Source: Octopus sinensis (taxonomy: Eukaryota). Taken from it: 64,000 bases of DNA. This document shows positions 37,204 through 49,920 of this stretch, piece by piece; the first letter of the stretch is position 1; each line of letters opens with the position of its first letter. The translations under genes and the position numbers were made by a program. A model generated the notes under the pieces. That model saw nothing but the letters and a program-made list of their open reading frames with translations, was not told the origin of the DNA and made no database searches. Location of the stretch: NCBI RefSeq assembly GCF_006345805.1, contig NC_042998.1, positions 27,776,001-27,840,000 of the forward strand. Reading direction: 5' to 3'.

Positions 37204-38070
37204 TATGTGGGCACAGGACGTCATTAAACGTGTACAACGAAATACGAGTACATGGAATATGAACTTATACGCTTTCGATAAAACAGTTGCTCCCGCAAAG
37301 CAAATTAAATAAAATTTGGGATTTTACGGAGGGTCAAAATTGGTAACACAAACAGGATAGTGAAAACAATCGGGAAGGGCTGCTAAGCCTAAACTAGGTC
37401 GTGGTGGCGAACGCGTAAATCAAGCTTGGACAGGAAACAGACAAGAACACGGCTTCCTTGTTCCAGCTACAATGGAGGGAAAGAAAGAAACAGAAGTTAG
37501 GAGACAAAAAAAAAGATGGCCGATAGTCACGTGGGAGCCACGTGAGCAAGGGAGGAAGAGTGAGGGAGCGAGAGTGACAGAGAAGATAGAATAGTGGGAG
37601 AAAAGGAGGTAATAGAATAAGAGAGAGAAACGAAAGAGTAAAAAGATCGTATAGAGTGCGCATCAGAATTATTATGATAAAACTAACCTGCAAGAAGATG
37701 CGCGACGTTCAGTCATATAATAATGTAAATAAATTATATATATGCATATATACATACATACGTACGTATAAGTAATACTTGCATCTATACGTTTATATAT
37801 ATGTATATGTGGGCACAGGACGTGTTGAAACGTGTGTGAATGTGTGTCTATGTTTGTGTATGTCTCTTTGTGTCTGTGCCAGTTCACCATCAGCGCTGGA
37901 CAAGCAATGTATGTTTATTTACATCCCCATAACTTAGCAGTTTAGCAAAAGAGTCTGATAGAATAAGTAACAGGCTTGAGAAAAAAAAGTTAAGTATTGG
38001 GATACATTCATCCGACTAACAATTCTTGAAGACTGTGCCCCAGCATGACCATAGTCAAATGACTGAAACA
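36999..38070 (+). mobile_element. SINE family A split by a roughly 600-bp insert in its internal (TA)n
   Basis: Head 36999-37160, 3' half about 37850-38070; insert bounded by ATATGTGGGCACAGGACGT at 37203 and 37805. Confidence 0.75.
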
Positions 38071-38104
38071 CGTGATCAATAGATGATAATATACAAAATA
38101 TCCG

Positions 38105-38525
38105 AGGCGGTGAGCTGGCAGAAACGTTAGCACGCCGGTCGAAATGTGTAGCCGTATTTCGACTGCCATTACGTTCTTAGTTCAAATTCCGCCGAGGTCG
38201 ACTTTGCCTTTCATCCTTTCGGGTACGATAAATTAAATACCAGTTACACACTGGGCGTCGTTGTAATCGACTTAGTCCCTTTTTCAGTCCTTGCTTGTCC
38301 CTTCTATGTTTCGCCCCTTGTGGGCAATAAAGAAATAAGAAACGCCGGGCGAAATACGTAGCGGTATTTCGTCTGTCTTTACGTTCTGAGTTCAAATTCC
38401 ACCGAATTCGACTTTGCTTTTCATCCTTTCGGGGTCAATAAATTAATTATCAGTTTCGTACTGCGGTCGATCTAACCGAGTAGCCCCCTCCACACAAAAT
38501 TTCGGGCCTTGTGCCTAGAATAGAA
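38105..38525 (+). mobile_element. SINE B'/B dimer
   Basis: Junction CAATAAAGAAATAAG|AAACGCCGGGCG. Confidence 0.85.
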
Positions 38526-38997
38526 ACAAATATACAAAATATCTATTCCATTGCAGCTGCCTAAAAGAAAGAAATGACACCTAAATTATATTTCATTATT
38601 CAATTTAGCAGAATCACCATCTACTTCATTTAAGTGGAATTAATTCTTTCATATGCAGCAATAAGCAAAAACATTATTCCGAAAGAAAATATGTTTTAAT
38701 TGTCTAAGCTCATTATTTCAGTCTGTTTACTATTTGAAAAGTGCAATAGGCCACGGACGCAAAGCTTGCAAACACTTACTTTGAAAAAAACACACACACA
38801 CACACACACACATATGTGTGTATGTGTGAGTATAATCGCTAAATAATCGAATGCAAGCCACTAGTTTCCGATTGTAATAGACAGGATTTGTAAATGTCCG
38901 ATTGACATCTAAGTATCTGTCTGCTGACTGTCTATCTATCGACTGATCTTTCGCTCTCTCTCTCTCTCTCTTGTTGTCTTTCTCCCCTTCTTTGAAT

Positions 38998-39052
<55 letters not shown>

Positions 39053-39280
39053 CAAAATAAGCAACAAGGGTATCCAAGGTAGTGTAGTACAATCGTTTCA
39101 TGCTACTTCATTTTATTAAGCACTGTAAGTATTACATCAGTTTTAAAATGTTGAGCAATCTTCAGCCACATATAGAATTTTTTAATTAAACGGATAATGC
39201 ACATTTGTATACTTATTTCATTTGCTAACATTACAAAGAGGGTAGATATATAAACAGAGAGGTTAATTTCATCATTAAGA

Positions 39281-39320
<40 letters not shown>

Positions 39321-39661
39321 CATAAGAATTTTAGAAATTTTGAGAGATATGAAATTAAGTCCTGTTTAACAAGGAATATCTAAATATAAATGTTTCAATG
39401 TTGCAAATGCACAAACTACTGAATTGATTGTAAACTCGAAAATATATACGTAAACAAAAATATATATACATAAATAATAAATATTTGGAATGTCACACAA
39501 AGTATTATATTCATGATGGAATATATTCATTCCACCTCATTTAGTGTGTAACTTTTTTCACATTTCCTTTCAGTACTGGAACCTTACTCATTGCAATAAG
39601 ATGTGTAAGGCATGCGCTTTTCTACCCAGTTTAATTTACTTGCCCGGAACATATCTTTGTC

Positions 39662-40330
39662 GGTAGGCGAGCTGGCAGAAACATTAGCACGCCGGACGAA
39701 ATGCTTAGCGGTATGTCGTCTGCCGTTACGTTCTGAGTTCAAATTCCGCCGAGGTCGACTTTGCCTTTCATTCCTTCAGGGTCGATAAATTAAGTACCAG
39801 TTACGCACTGGGGTCGATGTAATCGACTTAATCCGTTTGTCTGTCCTTGTTTGTCCCCTCTATGTCTAACTCCTTGTGGGCAATAACGAAATAACTATTC
39901 TTTTCTTCTCTAGGCACAAGACTCGAAATTTTGGGGGTAGTTGCCACTCGATCAGATCGACAGCAGTACGCAAATGGTACTTAATTTATCGACCCCGAAA
40001 GGATGAAAGGCAAAATCGACCGCAGCGGAATTTGAAGTCAGAACGTAAAGACAGATGAAATACCGCTAAGCATTTCGCCCGGCGTGTCAACGTATCTTAT
40101 TTCTTTACTACCCACAAGAGGCTACACACAGAGGGGACAAAGAAGGACAGACAAACGGACTAAGTCAATTATATCGACCCCAACGCGTAACTCGTACTTA
40201 ATTTATCGACACCGAAAGGATGAAAGCAAAGTCGACCTCGGCGGAATTTGAACTTAGAACGTAACGGAAGACGAAATACGGCTACGCATTTCGCCCGGCG
40301 TGCTAACGTTTCTGCCAGCTCGCCGCCTTC
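39662..40330. mobile_element. Cluster of SINE B/B' copies, tail to tail
   Basis: Plus copy 39662-39890; minus copies about 39900-40330. Confidence 0.85.
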
Positions 40331-41269
40331 AAGGAATAAATATTGTCGGTAGATTTGACCTGTATATGATGCGCTCAATTTAATTTATAACAATTCATGG
40401 AAACACTTTAACCATTCTGTTCAATTTATGAACTGTGAAGTAACCATGTATATTTTTCTTTTAAATCAAAATGGCATTATTTTACTTCTATTTGGTTTCG
40501 GATTGTGTGGAAATGAAATAGTAAAAGTTCGGTTTGGTTATACTTTGCTACCTACAAAAATACACCACCATAAGAATTTCTTCGCTGTGAAGGGAAAATA
40601 CAGCTTCTCATAATTTAAATATGCACAACTCTATTGTGTTTTTATTTTCTGTTTGTTTTAGCATTCTCAATTTCTATGTAGCTTTTTTTTTCTCGAATTA
40701 TTATATAACATTTTCTCTGGGTTTTTAGAAGGAAACCAGTTTTGTTTTTGTCGTCAAAATGATGAACGTGAAGACTGAAACAAAATTTCCAATAACATCT
40801 CAAAAATAGCAACGTATTTTGGTGCGTAATTTATTCCCCGCTAACACTTACATACATCTAATGCTATTATTAAATACATTCCAGATTTTGTTGCATAATT
40901 TAACCAAAGGCAAGACCTATAGGCAACGAATTTTACAATAGAGAAAATCGATTGCTATTATTATGTGCAAAAGATAATTAGAAAAAAAAATGGAAGTTAA
41001 TTCAATTAAAATTTACAGAATATGAAGATGCAGGGATATTTTAAAACTTTTAATGCGAATTTGAGTAAACACTGATCGAAATGTATGGCAATGAAATTGG
41101 TAACTGACGGTTAGATTTTACACAACCCATACGATTCTATAAACAACCTGTATATTTATCTTATAAATATATCTGCTCTTGTTTACAGAATTACTATAAC
41201 AATAAGGTTGCAAAATTGGCTTTCTCCAGGAAGAAGCAACAGTTTTCTAACTTCCCGGTTTATTATTAA

Positions 41270-41670
41270 CTAGCAGTATCGCCCGGCGTTACTCGGGTTT
41301 GTTTCGACCCTTTAGAATTGGAATTTTTGAAAAGTAAAAATTTTGCATTATGTAGCTTGTTATTCTCTTTAAGTGAAAATTTTTCTGCTTGATATACACC
41401 GAAAAATGGCGACACAGCAGTCAAAAAATCGTAAAAAATAGGGATTTTCATAGGAAAAAAGCACCTTTTTGATGTAAATAATTTTTGGTGTTAACATGGT
41501 CAAATTTGAATTTTTTTCTTCTATGGAAAGAAGAGCAAGCTTTCTTCTATCATACTCTCAATTTTGGTCAGCTTGCGCCGCAGGGTCTCGGGGGAGATAG
41601 TGTTAGTTGAAGGCTACCAAACCTGCCACACACACACAGATAACTTCAGCTTTATACGTATATATATAGA
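41270..41670 (-). mobile_element. Non-autonomous Helitron
   Basis: A|CTAG end with hairpin CCCGGCGTTACTCGGG; the other end TATATAGA|T is the 5' TC terminus on the minus strand. Confidence 0.8.
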
Positions 41671-42522
41671 TAAGAAATTTATGACGAAACTTAAGAAACT
41701 TACATTAATAAAAGACGCTGTACAGAACTCCAAGAGCTTCAAATGATTAATGTTACACAGAATAATTATATAGTTAACTTCTATTAAAAAGTAAAATCAT
41801 CAATTTTTTAATGTACTAAAAACATAAATTATGTTTATATTACAACAGTTAAAGAGGAAAAGAACTTAAAAGATTTCATGAAATTTATCAAAACGTTTAT
41901 CATTCGGTTCAAAAGAGTTATTATAGAAGAAAACTATTTGGTATCAACTCACACAAAAATTAACACGTGAATAGCTAGCACATATCTTTTCCTGAACGCT
42001 GTCCGTTACAACCAATCATAAGCTACAATGACAAAGTCATCTCTGCTCTTGCTTTTGACATCTCAATTCATGTCGTTATTTTAACGTAAAATTTATCTAA
42101 ATTAAGGTAATTGCTGTACTCTCTCCTGACAACCTAATTCACAGGTCCTGAAGAAAATACAAACGTTGGATAGAAGCTGATAACAATTATCTCGAAGATA
42201 TAATTATTGTAAATATAATGCATTAATGCAACAGTCAGCTGGAAAATATTGTTTTACAAATTTGACAGAGTTGTACTTAGCTGAAATACTGGCGAGTCGA
42301 CTGAAAGATACTCAACCAATGAAGCAAAGTTTAGTATTTAGTCAGTCGCCACCTCTGTTGCTTTACATAACACTTTGGCAGCGTAGAATGAAAAGCGGGT
42401 CTAATTAATATTATAACGCATATATCATGATAATTAATTACTTAAGTGTGAGGCCACAGATTTGGGAGGAGACTATATTCGATCCAATCAATTCCAGTAC
42501 TTAATTGGTATTTATTGTTGCA

Positions 42523-42902
42523 AGTGGAAGTACATGGCCCAGTGGTTAGAGTAGCGGACTCGCGATCGAGAGATCGTGGGTTTGAATCTCAGACCGGGCG
42601 ATGTGTGTGTTTATGAGCGAAATACCTAAGCTCCACGCGGCTCCGGCAGAAGGTAATGGCGAACTTCTGCTGACTTGAAGGCGGCACGCTGGCAGAAACG
42701 GTAGTACGCCGGGCGAAATGCGTAGCCGTATTTCGTCTGCCGTTATGTTCTGAGTTCAAATTCCGCTGAGGTTGACTTTGCCTTTCATCCTTTCGGGGTC
42801 GATAAATTAAGTACCACTGGGGTCGATTTAATCGACTCAATCCGTTTGTCTGTTCTTGTTTGTCCCCTCTGTGTTTAGCTCCTTGTGGGTAGTAAAGAAA
42901 TA
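42523..42902 (+). mobile_element. Chimeric SINE: family C 5' part fused to a full SINE B'
   Basis: Flanked by the 16-bp direct repeat GGTATTTATTGTTGCA (42507-42522, 42903-42918). Confidence 0.8.
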
Positions 42903-43644
42903 GGTATTTATTGTTGCAGCAATTGGATACAAGGTAAGAAAGAACCTAATGAGATATAAACTTGGTACAGACGTAGTGTTAATTAAATACTGGAAGGAAA
43001 TTCCACGTTTCTGCCTCTCCATTCTTTTACTCTTTTACTCTATCATTTGTTTCAGTCATTTGACTGCGGCCATGCTAGAGCACCGCCATTACTCATATAA
43101 TTTTAGTAACTGATTCGTTAACCTGCGGATCCGAGTTTAAATTATCCAAAGGATTGCAAGATGTCAACAAAAAATACTTCTTTGCTGCATTATCACTTAT
43201 TTTATGAAGATCAAGTATTAAATGCTGTCTTAAGAATCCAATTCGTTGTTTTGTTAATGCATTTGACTCAAAAGGTCGGTTTCCGTCGCGATTTGCACTT
43301 TGAGTAGTTTTCCTTTTATTCTATGCTTTCTTCAGTTGGAAACGTTTACAAATCAATTACGATAGTAACTTTCAATGTAGAATCAACAAAGGAACTAATC
43401 CTGCTAGACACAACAACCGAATCTCCCGCAAAAAAACCTTTCTTAAAAAAAAATTCTTTCTTTAAAAAACAAAACAAACTATTCAATTAATTTGTTTCTG
43501 ATGCCCAAAGATAGAATAGAGGCAACGATAAAGACTTTAAGATTTTGTACGTTAAAAATCAATTTTCTTATTTTTCAAAGAACAGATTCTCAGTTATACA
43601 GCATTTGGCTTTGAAGGAGATGACGGAAGGTTCCACTAACATAC

Positions 43645-44035
43645 TGGAAGCACTCTGTCGGTTACGACGACGACGAGGGTTCCGGTTGATCCGAATTCTT
43701 CAATGGAACAGCCTGCTCGTGAAATTAACGTGTAAGTGGCTGAGCACTCCACAGACACGTGTACCCTTAACGTAGTTCTCGGGGATATTCAGCGTGACAC
43801 AGAGAGTGACAAGGCCGGCCCTTTGAAATACAGGTACAACAGAAACAGGAAGTAAGAGTGAGAGAAAGTTGTGGTGAAAGAGTACAGCAGGGATCACCAC
43901 CATCCCCTGCCGGAGCGTCGTGGAGCTTTAGGTGTTTTAGCTCAATAAACACTCACAACGCCCGGTCTGGGAATCGAAACCGCGATCCTATGACCGCGAG
44001 TCCGCTGCCCTAACCACTGGGCCATTGCGCCTCCT
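43645..44035 (-). mobile_element. SINE family C
   Basis: Near-identical to 16877-17260. Confidence 0.88.
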
Positions 44036-44528
44036 CCACTAACATAACTAAATTCTTGAGTTGTTTTTCTGAAGTTCACTTTGTTGCAAGTATTTGAACT
44101 CCCAATACTTTCATTCGTTTCAAGTGCAATTAGATAACCTTTGCGAAAATGTCATGCGTACTTCTGTTCCTCTGACTAAGCTTCTGCAGCATCAAAGCAA
44201 ATTAAGACTTGTAATAAGGTTTAGATTAGACAGTTCGATCTTTTTTGATTCGTTAAATTTGTAAATGCCATCCACAAAATTTCGTTCTACAATTATCACT
44301 ACCAATTATTAAACTTAATTACAATTCCGAAGCTAATCAAATATATATTCTTTTCTACTCTCGGCACAAGGCCCGAAATTTTGGAGGAGGGGGCCAGTCG
44401 ATTACATCTACCCCAGTACGCAACTAGTACTTAATTTATCGACCCCGAAAGGATGAAAGGTAAAGTCGACTACGGCGGAATTTGAACTCAGAACATAAAG
44501 ACAAACGAAATATCGCTAAGCATTTCAC

Positions 44529-46026
44529 AATTATTTTTTCCCACAAGGGGACAAAAAAGACATATCAGTACAATCTGTATGGAGTCAGATTTATTGTATG
44601 AGTTAACAAAAAGGTGAATTTAAAAATTTTACATTAATATGAATAGTTCGAATGATATCATATACAAGACAACAATACAGAATGGATTGGGGAGGCGAGA
44701 TATGTTCGAACCACACGAGCATCGTCTCACCACTGATGTTTCGGGTTCGTCCTGCGTTGTATTCATGTGGTTCCATCCATACGCAACATTCGTGTGACAT
44801 TCTTCCATAGATCTTGGAACATTTTCGCGGACAGGCATTTTTCTCTAATCCTATTTTCCTTCTTAGGTGGAATGTGAAGAAATTCACCAAGCCAGGGCCA
44901 CACTTTCATTTGCGTCTTCCAAATCACCTCTCTCGCAATTGCTACTACACCGAGAAAACAATTCGAAACTTCTTTCGATAGGAAATCCGGTGGATCAATT
45001 TTTACTATTGACTCAGTCGATAGCTGTACTCTTCCTGTACTTGAAAACAGTTATTTGGCATAAACCCACAGATCTGACACCTCCGAACACTGAACAATAG
45101 CGTGCGGGAGGTTTTTCCTGTCCCGTCCACATCTTGGACAGGTCGGAGGCCCATGGCCACCATGCCTTGCGAGCTTGTCCCTGACAGGTAAGGCTCCTCG
45201 GTAGCATTGCCATGTCAAAGACTTCTGGAAGTTATCCAGCATCTTCGGCCCGAATTGGAACAGACTGGCCAGCTGATTATCATCGAGACCTAGGGATTCC
45301 CCCAAGGTATCGTCACATTTCGCCTCTACAAACCCTCTATAGAAGAATGTGGTAGAACCACTACCGCACGCATTTCCCGAAAGATGGAATATCCGGAGAG
45401 CCTTATTACACTCCGTAAACTATGTACCCAACTTCGATCTACGATAGAATCAGGTATCCAGTCCACCGAAACAAGTGAACTTGGGAAACATCTGTTTCTC
45501 CAGCGGAGACGATATCCGATTATCATCTAGATGGAGCGACAGTTGCCTCAACCTCAGCGCGTGCCTGCGCATCATCAGCCAAGGCATCCCTAGCCCACCC
45601 TTTAACAGTTACTGGCTGCAAATAGAACGTCCCACAAGGGGATTCGAGCCCTTCCACAAGAAGCTGAAGAGCTGTCTTTCCAGCTTGCTCAACCACGAAT
45701 CAGGGCAGGGAACGACGGTTAGGCGGTAGGTGATGACCGATGCGATGAACACATTCGCCTCTTGCGCCCTCCCTTTCAGGGATAGCCACCGTATAGACCA
45801 GGTCTTGGCTACGTGGGCCACCCTGCTCGCTACCTCGAACCAGTTCTTCTTTATTTGAAGGCCTGGTCCAAACCAGACTCCTAGCAATTTAAACGCGGTC
45901 AGGAGGCATCGACTTGCCTCTCCAGGTGCCGAGCTGCGAGCCGACCGACTTTTCACGATAAACCTTTGCTCCTGCCACCGTCTCGTATTCCAAGAATACA
46001 CCACAGAATTAATCACACGTAACAAA
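44529..46026 (-). mobile_element. 5'-truncated, decayed Tx1-like LINE inside a SINE B
   Basis: KTWSIRWLSLKGRAQEANVFIASVITYRLTVVPCPDSW and PTCPRCGRD match the LINE at 22082-27402. Probable 17-bp TSD ATCGCTAAGCATTTCAC (44512-44528) / ACCGCTAAGCATTTCGC (46027-46043). SINE body 44350-44528, head about 46027-46080; about 45 bp of unassigned filler at the 5' junction. Confidence 0.88.
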
Positions 46027-46804
46027 ACCGCTAAGCATTTCGCCCGGCGCGTTAAAGTTTCTGCCAGCTCGCTGCCATTAATCAAATATATATTCCTGTC
46101 TACTCTAGGCACAACTTTTTGGGGAGGGGGGCATCAATCAAATATATATTTAACAAGAAATATCAATGAAGCAAAGGGGTTTTTGGTGATATTTGATTTT
46201 CAAGCCATGCCTTCACCTTGGATGTGTTGCTAAGAGAAAGTTTTTCGCAGAATTTATTTCACTTGTCATCAAACTTTATTCCTGAATCAGGCCAGCAATT
46301 GAATTTCTAAACATTGTTTCTCAATTCCTTAGCTCAAGAATATAATCGGTTGAGTATTGCCAAGAATATCGATAGAAACATTTATTGATAACACATCCAC
46401 GGATGAGAAAATATTAAAAAAATTGATCATAACTATAAAGTCATCTCAGCAAAAATATATAGTTTTGTTGTACAATTTGGGAGATAAAAGTTATGAGAAA
46501 CATGTTTACTGGATTTTGAAAACCAGCAGGTAACTTATCCATTATCAGTATTATTTTTTTAAAGTCTATCTGAACGTTATTAATTCAAAGAGTGAAATAA
46601 AGTTTATATCCCGAGGAAAAACAGAGAAGCCAAAGGTTTCGAGTAGAAACCTTAGAGAACAGAAATGTCAGCTGGTGGAGGCAACAAAAATTAGCGAATG
46701 AAATGTGCAACTGTCAGAGCAAAAACTAAATAGAAAGAACGATAGCAGATTTGAAAAATATTGAAAGAAAGAGGCCACTACAGGGAAATATTATTTATAC
46801 AAAT

Positions 46805-46824
46805 ATGTGTGTGTGCATACAAAC

Positions 46825-46897
<73 letters not shown>

Positions 46898-47077
46898 TAT
46901 TACATATATATACACATAAATATATATACATATATATACATACATATATATATACATACATATATATATGCATACATATATATACACATATATATATATT
47001 CATACATATATATATATATGCATACATATATATATATATGCATACATATATATATACATACATATATATATACATAC

Positions 47078-47128
<51 letters not shown>

Positions 47129-47130
47129 GT
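46805..47130. repeat. (TA)n/(CATA)n microsatellite
   Basis: Seen directly. Confidence 0.97.
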
Positions 47131-48394
47131 AAAAATGGTGGCTAATCTCAAAGAAAAGGATGCAAAAGAGGAAAAACAATCAATAGTAAATATATTCATA
47201 ATATATGCAGATTGGTTTGATTCTGTCTTGTCAAACTAACGTAACGGAGAAACAACGTAAAGAATATTTAGCAGACACATTTGGAAAAAATACACAGTTA
47301 AATATCGAACATATAGTGAAGTGGAAGGGGGGGATGAACGTTCTTATTGAGGTTCTTCTACTGATAGTATAATTTATTTGTTAATATGACCTATGTATAT
47401 AACTGAGCGGGAAGTAAAAAAGAAAGCAGAGTAAGTAGTTACTGTGGAGCATAAAATAATATGTAGAAAGGCGCAGAGAGGAAGGTGACAATTATTGAAA
47501 ATAAGAAGGAGAGGAGAAAATGTTAGAGTAGTAATTATTGTTTAGAAGAAATGATTATTTTAAGGGATTATAATCTGAAAAAATATAAACGCAGAGGTCT
47601 AGTGAGATCTTTGGTTAAGAACTGAGAACAATTGCTCAATTAAAACCCCATTTTGGCCGTTTCAGTCGCGTATAGCAACTTAACATAGTGGTAGGTTATT
47701 CGTGGCTTAGTGAATTTCTGACGGCGTGTTCTGTCCTTGAGCATGACGCTTTTATTTCACGTTGTTCCAGTCCACTCAGCTGGTAAAAAATGAGTAGTAC
47801 TTGCATTTCAAAGAGGCAGCCTTGTCACACTCTGTGTTATGCTGAATCTCCCTGAGAACTACGTTAAGGATACGTGTGTCTGTGGAGTGCTCAGTCACTT
47901 GCAAGTTAATTTCACGAGCGGGCTATTCCGTTGATCGGATCGGCTGAAACCATAGTCATCACAACTGTTAATTTGGACAAGTTCGAAAGAAATGAGAAAA
48001 TGTTTCGTTCCACCCTACCTCCAAATGAGAATGGGAGACCAGTGACTTTGGAGGTAAAATTAAGCTAAAACCTGGTGTCTGAATCTCCGATGACGTCATT
48101 CGGTGCAAGCTGTGTCGTTAACACAAAAGTCTCCAAAGATATTCTTCGACAAAATCCGATAAGCGCTATTTTATGTTTGTAAATACATTATAAATGATAT
48201 TTTATCAAATGCAGCTTCGTGTAGAATTAATGACAGAATTTTGATAGTTCTTTCTAAAATAGGCAAATATTGGGGAAAGAATGAAGGGTAGAGGTAGCCT
48301 TGGTGGGATTTGACCTCAGAATGTAACAAATCAGAAGTATAGCAAGGCTAACGTTCAAACGATTCTGAAATTCCAAATATTTTAGTAATCCTTT

Positions 48395-48760
48395 CTGCTA
48401 TAGATACAAGGCCTGAAATTTGGGGGATAGTCAATTACGTCGACCCTAGTACTCAGCTGCTACTTATTTCATCGACCCCGAAGGAATGAACGGCAAAGTC
48501 GACATCGGCGGAATTTGAACTCAGAACACGAAGACAGACGAAATACCTATTTCTATTTCTTTACTACCCACAAGGGGCTAAACACAGAGGAGACAAACAA
48601 GGACAGACAGACAGACAGATTAAGTCGATTATATCGACCCCGAAAGGATGAAAGGTAAAGTCGACCTCGGCGGAATTCGAACTCAAAACTTATCGGTTGA
48701 CGAAATATCGCCAAGCATTTCGCACGGCGTGCTATCGATTCTGCCAGCTCACCGCCAGAA
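48395..48760 (-). mobile_element. SINE B'/B dimer
   Basis: Junction GACGAAATAC|CTATTTCTATTTCTTTACTACCCAC. Confidence 0.85.
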
Positions 48761-49484
48761 AATAATTTAATAACAAATAGAAAAAAACAAACTATGTAAG
48801 GCAATGATGGAAGAGATAGATATAAAATATAAATGTTTTGATGAATGATTGACGAGAGTGAAAGTGATGAGTGAGAGTTAGCAAATGCAAGAGATAAATG
48901 TTTGAAGTTAAAATATGCAAACAGATAACGTGGAATTAAGTGAATATACACTGGATAAATAAAATTAAGCATGGAACGAGAAATGGGATTGGTAAAGATA
49001 AAATATAGAGGGAATATCTCCATATGTGATAGGAATGTGCTGCTGAGTGAAAAAAAATATAGGCTAATGTTAAAAAAGCAAAAAAATTAGTAAAAATGTA
49101 ATCGGAATGGAAACAGATGTTAAGAATATTTTGAAAGTAATTAAAGATAAAGTGAAAAAAAAAATTGAATAGGTGTGTATATGTGTGTTATAAATTGGAG
49201 CTTTCATTTGCGCTGATATACATATATATTTCAATCTTTGGTTGATGCTACTCGACGAGCTAGAAATGGCAACCAATTGCAACTGGATAGCAATGGATTA
49301 TAATGGAAGAACTCGTATGCGACAAACAAATAAAAGTGACTATCATAACTCTATCATCTGCGGTGATAACATTGATAACCAGAAACAAGTATACATACAT
49401 TCATACATGTAAACATACGTACATACACTCTTTTCTATTTTCTATATATCCAACCACGTGCTTTCACACACCAACTTTCTCACC

Positions 49485-49532
<48 letters not shown>

Positions 49533-49884
49533 AATGTGTATATACATCATCATCATCGTTTAACGTCCGCTTTCCATGCTACAATAGGTTGGACGGTTAG
49601 ACCGAGGACAGGCAAGCCAGTGGGGTGCACCGAGATCCAATCTAATCTGGCAAGGTTTCCAGATGTGCCCGCATATTTATATACGTATATATGTAAGTAT
49701 GTATGTATGTACGTATCTATCTATCTATCTTTCTCTCCGTCTCTGTCTCTCTCTGTTTCTCTGTCTGTCTGTCTCTCTATATATATGTATATATAGGGAA
49801 AGTTTACGAAAAAACAAAAGACGAAGACAGGTGGTGTACAAAACAAACAGATGTATTAGTATAACGCTCAGGAATAGAAAAAGT

Positions 49885-49920
49885 CTTTTACGTTTTGAGC
49901 CTACGCTTTTCTACGGAAAG
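49885..49920 (-). ncRNA. Decayed minimal hammerhead, relative of 10106-10140
   Basis: CUUU CCGUAGA A AAGC-GUAG-GCUC AAAA CGUA AAAG; core mutated; flanking sequence (AACGCTCAGGAA) matches the 10019-10215 fragment. Confidence 0.5.
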
